Below, one piece after another: positions 19,810 through 27,900 of a stretch of DNA of 64,000 bases. Position 1 is the stretch's first letter. Each line of letters opens with the position of its first letter. The notes below the pieces were generated by a model. The model saw only the letters and a list, made by a program, of their open reading frames with translations, ran no database searches and had not been told where the DNA came from. The translations under genes were made by a program, and so were the position numbers. The DNA is from a virus (lineage: Duplodnaviria > Caudoviricetes), in IMG/VR virus record IMGVR_UViG_3300021255_002485, positions 1 to 64,000 of that record; one strand, given 5' to 3'.

Positions 19810-19968
19810 TTAACGTTGCTTGCCGCTCTTGCTAAAACGGATCTCTAGTCCTTGCGCTGAGAACTTGAGATACTCGATTCGACTTCTAACATCCCAAACT
19901 AGCACGAGTGTACCAGCAACAAGAATTATTAGAGGTAAGCAAGAGGCTAACGTTTTTATTAATTGCAT
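19810..19968 (-). CDS. 52-aa single-TM peptide (MQLIKTLASCLPLIILVAGTLVLVWDVRSRIEY...), absent from ORF track
   Basis: Hand-translated. AAGGAGG RBS, hydrophobic N-half and basic C-half, GCAAGC/GCTTGC hairpin over the stop codon. Confidence 0.7.
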   Translation of the reverse strand: MQLIKTLASCLPLIILVAGTLVLVWDVRSRIEYLKFSAQGLEIRFSKSGKQR

Positions 19969-20106
19969 AAAGCGTTATCCTCCTTATGATTATTCTGGTA
20001 CATGTACATTTGATATTATATCATAACTCTCTTCGGGGTCATAGCCGGGGAGAGTATTATTTAGGCGTAATTTGCGCCGGAAAGGTGAAGAATGAAAGGA
20101 TAAGAT

Positions 20107-20550
20107 ATGGAATTAAGTATCAATGACATAACAATAAATCATATAGACGAATATGAAGTTTGTTTTTCTTTATCGGATAATGGCTCCGAACGATTAACAC
20201 AAAAGTATGGTATTCCCGGGGTCTTGATTATTCTAGGATTCAGATATCTCTTAAATAAGAAAATCATAATATTAGAAAAAGCTAATCCTAATAGTACATG
20301 GCTGGATTTTCAATATACTGATGATGAAGAATTGATGAATATTATTAAACTTCGCCTTGATGATCTCGGTAAAAAACGATTCAAAGGAGAAATGGAAACG
20401 AATACAGATCTTAATGATTTATTAAAAGGACTCAAAGAGGGCTTTATTGATGTAAATTCTCTTCAAGCCAGCGAGTATATGTACTTAAAACCCCGAGAAG
20501 AGTTTTCTCAGAAACATGAGTCACAAGCCAACCAATCTTCTCGGAATTGA
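20107..20550 (+). CDS. hypothetical protein
   Basis: GAAAGGA RBS. Its 3' end overlaps the antisense gene 20444-20647. Confidence 0.5.
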   Translation: MELSINDITINHIDEYEVCFSLSDNGSERLTQKYGIPGVLIILGFRYLLNKKIIILEKANPNSTWLDFQYTDDEELMNIIKLRLDDLGKKRFKGEMETNTDLNDLLKGLKEGFIDVNSLQASEYMYLKPREEFSQKHESQANQSSRN

Positions 20551-20647
20551 GAGGTTGATTTCCAATGTTATCCTGTATATCTTTGACTAAGGAAGCATGT
20601 AATTTGTCAAAATCCATATGTTTTAGGAAATCTTGAAAATCTAACAT
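20444..20647 (-). CDS. antisense accessory (moron) gene, 67 aa
   Basis: GAGAGG RBS and own promoter TTGATT-N17-TATTAT (20706-20678, - strand). Confidence 0.6.
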   Translation of the reverse strand: MLDFQDFLKHMDFDKLHASLVKDIQDNIGNQPLNSEKIGWLVTHVSEKTLLGVLSTYTRWLEENLHQ

Positions 20648-20763
20648 AGTATACCTCTCTAAAATACTTTCTCCTAAATAATAGTAGATTTAACAGAAAT
20701 AATCAAGTTATCTTTTTGAATTCAGATATATCATAGTAATTTGAGATTCAAAAAAATACTATG

Positions 20764-21418
20764 TTTACAACAAGAGGTGTGAATTATAGACAAAATGTTT
20801 AATGATTAAAAGGAGAAACAAATATGAATTGTAGATTTATGGGGGTGTACTATAATTATGGAGAAACAAATCCAATTTGACGTTTTGGCACTTCTGGATC
20901 AGGTTTCGGTTCCGTCTGAAGCCAAAAATTCAGTTGAGAAATGTGCTGGATCAACCTCAACGGCTTGCCAGTGTTGTCCGTACCGTGGAACACAAGTAAA
21001 TTGTACCCATCGAAGCCAATTTGTTCAACACGTAAAATAATCTGCTGATTAAACTGAACTAAGACCATAATTACGTCTTCTGTATTAGGAAGAGATTGTT
21101 GATATTCCAGTATTTCTTTGATTAAATATTGGGCTATAGTTTCAGCATTTGAGTTGTATAATAATTCAGCAATGCTTTGATTATTTGCACTTATTTCTAA
21201 TAATCTATGATTTTGTTCATTTTGTATTGTTGGATCGTATATCATACTTATCTCTTAGGATTTCATGTATATTATAGGTGTTTTGGATTCGAAAAGTATT
21301 TCATTATTATTTTACTTGTTCGTTTCATATTAAAGAACTCATATATGCATTAAAACAGTATTATAAAAAAGGATTGTAACACATCAATATGTCTTTTACA
21401 ACAAGAGGTGTGAATTAT
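20764..21418 (+). repeat. 24-bp exact direct repeat TTTACAACAAGAGGTGTGAATTAT (20764-20787 and 21395-21418)
   Basis: Read directly. The second copy is the RBS/start of gene 21417. The first copy ends ATA instead of ATG. Confidence 0.85.
20856..21245 (-). CDS. antisense accessory gene, DUF6173-like
   Basis: C-terminal LIQHISQLNF...RQIGF pattern recalled as DUF6173. Upstream - strand promoter TTGTAA-N17-TACAAT near 21401-21373. Confidence 0.6.
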   Translation of the reverse strand: MIYDPTIQNEQNHRLLEISANNQSIAELLYNSNAETIAQYLIKEILEYQQSLPNTEDVIMVLVQFNQQIILRVEQIGFDGYNLLVFHGTDNTGKPLRLIQHISQLNFWLQTEPKPDPEVPKRQIGFVSP

Positions 21419-21911
21419 GGCGAAAAATAATTTAACATTAAATCTAAATTCCTTAAAAAATGATTTGCGTAAATATGCTAATCAGGTATGTAAATATGCT
21501 GCAAGCGAGATTGCTGACGAATTAACAGAAGATACCGTATTTGCAATTGGAGTATTTTATTCGCATTATACTCCAGAAAAATATAAGCGACATTACTATA
21601 ACTTTATGAACAAGAGTTATAGAAGATACTATTCAAATCCTCATAATAAAATATATCGCGGAGGTGTTGAATTTACTCCTAATTTAATGGATAAATTATA
21701 TCGCGATTCTATAGATGAAGTGTTTGGATCAGTAATTGAACTCGGTTCTCATGGTCCAGAACTATACACAAATGTTCAACCAATGAGGCGATCTCCAATG
21801 CAAATGGTTATTGAGGACAGAGATAATATAGAAAAAAACATTGATGAATATATAAATAGAGCAAAAGCAAAAGCCAAAACTGGAACATATTCGGTTTTAT
21901 CGTTTAAATGA
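21417..21911 (+). CDS. basic tail-module protein preceding the tape measure gene
   Basis: GAGGTG RBS, 164 aa, position. Confidence 0.55.
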   Translation: MAKNNLTLNLNSLKNDLRKYANQVCKYAASEIADELTEDTVFAIGVFYSHYTPEKYKRHYYNFMNKSYRRYYSNPHNKIYRGGVEFTPNLMDKLYRDSIDEVFGSVIELGSHGPELYTNVQPMRRSPMQMVIEDRDNIEKNIDEYINRAKAKAKTGTYSVLSFK

Positions 21912-21926
21912 TAAGGAGGTATAGAT

Positions 21927-24900
21927 ATGCCGAGAGGAAATCCAACAATTAATATAGGACTTACGTCAGATATTGATGCTTATATAAAAGAATTAAAAGG
22001 TTCATTAAAAACTCTCGGTAATCAGGGAGTTGATTTAGGATTAGCAGATTCTGTTAAGAATGAAATAAATGAAATTGAAAAAATGCTCGATGGTCTTCAA
22101 AAAACAATGAAGACAATTTCTGGAACTAAACTCAGTTCTGCGACATTTAGCAAATTTCAGTCTCAAATAGGGCAACAATTAGAAGCTTTAGATAAAAGAA
22201 CAACGGCTCTTGAGAATGGTATGGATAGTCTTATTAATACCATGTCTAAAGCGGATGGCGGAAAGTTTGCATCTAATTTACAAAACATGCATAAAAACAT
22301 GGATGCTTTATGCGTAAGTACAAAAGAGACTGTACAAGCTATCTCTGAAATACAAGATACCATCAGAGATAATTCGAACATTCAATTGTTTGATGCAACA
22401 AAAAGCATAGGAGATTTAAAAGCTCTTAAATCTCTTGCCGAAGGAATTACCAAACAATTTGATAAAGAACCAAAATTTACTAAGCCCAAAAATATTGAAG
22501 AAGCGGTTGAATCAATTAATAAGCTCACAAATGAATATGACGAACTTGAAGATAAAATTTATGAATTAGATGAAAAAGAAGATCGAACATTTGAAGATTC
22601 TAGAAAACTCCTTGAATATAAGAATAGATTAGTTGAAATAGGACAGACAATCCAAAGAATTTATGATTATGGTTATGAAGAGGGATTTTCTGGAATTCAA
22701 CAGTTTGATTCATTAGCTGAGAGTCTGGATAGTTCTCTGGAAAGAATTCAAGAGGACACTAAATCTTATGTCACAAAAATCAATCAAGAGTTATCTAGGA
22801 TTGGACAAAATACAAATGTGTCATTACCTTCTTCGGATAGTATTGGAAAAGACAGTAAAGGTCTTACTGTTCCGATAGGGATACGTACAACATCTAGAGG
22901 GTTGCTCTCAGATTGTATGAAGATATTAACTTCGGTACAAAATAAATTATCTGATACACCTTTAGAAGTGGATTTGGCTCTAACTACTAAGTGGGGGACA
23001 AAGCGAAACAAAGAATTACTTAAGACATTTCAAGAACAAATAAACGGATTAACTGATCAATCTAATATCTCTGAGTTTCAAGCTCTTTATGATAAAGTTG
23101 CAAAGAGTTTTGGCGATGAAATAGAACTGAAGGTTGGTTCCAATATTGATGTTGTTGAAAAACAAATCACTAAAGTCATTACAAAATTACGCAAAGAGAT
23201 AAAAGATAATCCTCTTAATATTGATTTAGAATTCGATGTTAATGCTAAGAACAAGGCGGCTTTACAAGCGGCTTTAACAGATATTACAAGCGATGTAGTT
23301 GTTACGATAAAAAAGGTTAAATTCGCAAAAGAACTTAACGTAAAGAATACATTACAACAAGATTTTGATCAATTATCAACAGAACAACTTGATAAACTAC
23401 TTGCAAAAATTGATGAATTAAAGAATGCCTCTATTCCAATGGTTCAAACTATTGCAGAAATAAGGGAAATATTTAATTCATTTTCCACAGATAAACTTGT
23501 ATCTGAACTCAAAGAAGTTATTAGGTTGCTTCAAGTAGGTTTTAATGCATTGTCTATAAATGAGTTAGACAATATGTTTTCAAACTTGCAAAAAAGGGTA
23601 TCTTTTATTTCCGGTTCGTTAAGAGGTGCTAATCTTAATGAGATAAAAAGTGTTTTAGCCGACTTTAAGGAGTATCAGTCTCTTGGTGGGCAAAATAGTC
23701 TATCAGATTTAGGCGGAACAAAAAATATACAAAGTTGGCTTCGTAAACATATTGCAGACCAACAAGAGTTGCAATCAGAACTAAATGAAACTGCGAATGA
23801 AGTTAAAGAAGTTAATCGCGCAATTGAAGCTGAAAGTATATCACAATTAGTTCAACCACTTACTCAAGTCATTGAATTAATAAATACAAAATCTCAAGCT
23901 TTTGGGGATAGTTCTATAGTAACTTCACAATCGATTGACAATGAAATATCTGATCTGAATCGCTTGTCAACACATTTAGAAGAAATAGTGAGTCAGATTC
24001 AATCCATTGGAAATAGCAACACTTCTTTTGATGCAAAATGGCTGAAAGATTTAAAGAAGATAAAAGCTGATGATTTAAATAATGTATCAAATGCTTTATC
24101 TTCTATGTTTAATTCTTTACAAAAACTCGATTTATCTGATAGCAATTTTATCGTTCAGATACAACAGATTTTAGATAAAAGCAAAGAACTTTCAGATTTA
24201 GCAAAGATATTATCTGAAAGCACTAAAAAACTTAATGATATTTCCGAAAGAGTTAATACTCCGTTCACCAATGATGATTTAGCTCTTCAACAAGCATATA
24301 AAGATGCCGAAGAATATCAAGCAAGAGAAAAGGCATATCAAGAACAAAAGAATGTTCTTATTGCTGAGGGTGTTCGTCAACAAAAGGAATACGTTGAATC
24401 ACTAAAGCAAGCTACAGAAGAAAGCAAAAAACAATCTAGTGGCAAACAAAATATTATTAATAATATCAATAAAAATCTTGATAATGCTGGAAAATATTTA
24501 GATGCATCTAAATATACCAATGATTTTATCAATGGTATTAGTACCGTTATTGAAAAACTACAAAGACTTCGTGTTGAAATTGATCAACCGTTAGATGCAG
24601 ACGGATTACAAGAGGCTACAGATAAAGCTAAACTGCTTGCGAAAGAACTTAATGACAATATAGCTCAAAAAGCGTTGCCTGCTATGAAAAAAGCATCCGA
24701 GCAAACGATTAATAAAGCTTTATTAAAAATTGATCAATTTGTTAATGCAAATTCAGCAATGGGTCGTCAATGGAAACAAGAATTCGAAAATTTACGCATA
24801 AAGATTCAAGCTGCTGATTCCATTGAAGAGGTACAAAGATTAACAAATGAAGTTATTGAACTTGAATCTTCCGTGATTCGTGCAGGCAAAGCCGGAAGAT

Positions 24901-27900
24901 CTTCTTTCGATAATTTAGCTCAGCGTATAAAGCAAATGAGCACAAACTTCATTGCTATGCATTTGAGTCTATATGATATTGTACGATATACACGTGGTGC
25001 AGTAGACGAAATCCAAAAACTTGATTATGCTCTCGTAGATCTTCGTAAGACGACCACTATGAGTAATAGTGAGCTGAACGAATTCTACTTTAATGCAAAT
25101 GATGTAGCGAAAGAATTAGGAACTACTACGGAAGAAATTATAAACCAAGCAGCGGCTTGGTCAAGGTTAGGATATTCTTCCAAAGAAGCTGCTACAGAAA
25201 TGGCGGCTCTTAGTTCTCAATTTGCTGCTATATCTCCGGGAATGTCTCTGGATAATGCGACAGATGGTCTTGTATCAACTATGCAAGCATTCCATATTGA
25301 AGTTGATAAAGCCGAGAGAGACATTATGGATAATGTGAACAGAATCGGTAAATTTATGCCGAAACATATGGTAACATATGGGGTCGTTTATGCGGCCTAG
25401 AAGTGACTCAAAACGGGGAAACTCCTGAGAAGGACAATCCCGTGGGTAAGATTGACAAAGTTAAAGATTAATAATGTGAAGTATTTGACAATATAAATGT
25501 GTTATTGTATATTATAGATACAAAAAGACAGATACATAGACGGTTGAGCCGAGAGGTTCTATTTTATCTGAAAACTAATTTTATAGTTACAGCATCAATG
25601 ATCACCACTGGCATGGCGGTTATAATAAACAAGCAAATGTCGCCGTAAAGCGAGCGGTTCACCAAGTTATCAGTTACATCAAATTAGCAACCTACACCTT
25701 GGGCGAGGGCGGTTGCTTTTTTGATACTAAACTCCAAATGCCAATCACTATATCAATTAGGGATTTAATTCCGCTAATTATCGTGCTGGCAAGAGCAATC
25801 AGCTCAAAAGCCATACGGCTAACCTTTCGTTAGATTTTCCATCGGCATCCACCTCCTTTGGGATGGAAGTTCTCCGATCATAAATCGGGCAAAGGTGAAC
25901 CGCCTACCACTTTGGCGACATTTCTATAATACATTATATTTCACGTTATTATATCTTTCAAGTCAAATCCCGTAACGATCACAGGGTTTTAGTAATAAAA
26001 CCCGTATGTCACTCTCCTATTTTTTAGGAGAAAGGTATGATCTGAACTCACGCTATAACAAAATGAAACGTGAGAAGTAGCCAGAAATGACTACTCGCCT
26101 ATTTATTTAGGTCACAAAAGTAACAGATTGAATACGTTCGCAACATCCAATGATGAAATAATGGAGATGCTTAAGCGTTCATCAGCAGCGATGAATGCCG
26201 CAAACAATACTCTTGAAGAAACTATTGCACTCGAAAGTGCTGCTGTTCAAATCACGAGAAATGCTGAAACTACCGGAACGGCGTTTCGTACCATTTCTAT
26301 GAGGATTCGAGGTTATGACGAAGAGACCGAAGAATATATTGGTAATGTCGAAGAACTAACTGGTAAAATAGCTGATCTGACAAAAACAGCTGAAAAACCC
26401 GGTGGCGTATCCTTATTTAAGGATGCAGCCAAAACAGAATACAAATCTACATATGAACTGCTTAAGGAAATCAGTGAGATATATCACGATCTCACCGACA
26501 AACAACAAGCAGGTCTTCTTGAGGCTCTAGCCGGCAAACGTGGTGGACAAGTTTTGGCAGGCAAACATATATGCCTGAATGTACAGCAATGTGCATAACA
26601 GAATATATTTAATTGCAGGTAAAACCTAAAGCCTTGCACCACAATAATGGGGAAACCACATTATGATGGTACGAAAGTAGAAACAACGCAAGGATGGTAT
26701 ATGGTTAAAAACCTAAGTACTTTAGATAAAAATGGTAGTTCTTGCAGCGAAGCACCCTAACGTACCCCGTAGATCATACGGTACTTTAGGCGAGGGTGAA
26801 CGTTCAACGACTAGATTCATGTCGAGCTATAGACTAGAGAATAAGGGTGGAAATCCCGAATATCTATAGCAATAATCGTAGGGCGCAATCGCAAATGGCG
26901 TGGGTGAAATCCCCTTAAATCGAAAAGGTATACTCCTATGATTGACACTTTTAAAGGTGGATATTATAATCAAGGATGAAGAAATAGTCTGTTCTCATTT
27001 CGAAAGAATGAGATGTTATTAGTATTATGAGGTATATTTTTATATGAATAAAAAGAACCCGAGAAAAGTAACAGATACAGAAAGAGAAACAATGAAAAAC
27101 TTATATCTTTCTGGATGGAAAATGAAGGATATAGCTAAGAAACTAGATAGATATCCTGATGTTATAAGAAGAGCATTAATTGATATGCGAGTATATGACA
27201 ATAAAACAAATTATATGACCGAAGAAGAACTTAATTCAATTATTTTAGATTATCAAAAAGGAATGACCCCAAAGGAATTATCCATTAAGTATCATAGAGG
27301 GGATGGATATCTAATAAATAAATTGAAAAAAGCTGGAGTGTATCAGTACTCTACTTTAAGGATTTCTAAACAACAGTGGGAAAACATTGCAGAATTATAT
27401 CAATCTGGTAAGATTGATGAGATTTGGCGATTGTATCCTCAATTAACTCTATCATCTTTATATAGCAAAATGTCTAAAATGAATGTGCGTAATGGTACTA
27501 GAAATTATTGGACTGATAAAGATAGAGAAATTGTTAAAGAGTTTTATTTAGATAGTAATATTAATGATATATACGAGTTGATCGGTTATAGACATACAAT
27601 TGATGCAATTCAGACACTAGCATTCAAAGAATTTAGGTATTCTAAAAATAAAAATTGGTCTGATGAAGAAGATCGAATTTTAACGGAATGTTATTCAGTG
27701 TTACCAATTGAGAAGGTCTTAGAATTATTACCAAACAGGACATTAGAAGGTGTTAGAAATAGAGCGAAGAAATTTCGATTAATATCAAATTATAGAATAT
27801 CAACATATTGGACACAAGAAGAAAATGAGTTTTTATTTAATCATTGGCAAATGTTATCTGATTATGAAATATCAAAAATATTAAATAAAAACGAAATGTC

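Larger units (their letters stand above)
25350..26130 (+). mobile_element. group I intron T1 (781 nt), no endonuclease, TA-like cargo in the P6 region
   Basis: P1 UCGGU/GCCGA with U.G. P3 AGUGAC/GUCACU, P AAACGGGGAA, Q AAUCCCGUGG, P7 GAUCA 25977-25981 / UGAUC 26038-26042, terminal G26130. Confidence 0.9.

Noticed and set aside
20424-20440. In-window target for the omegaRNA guide (AAAAGGACTCAAAGAG)
   Set aside because: The match is short, AT-rich and needs an indel, so chance is likely.
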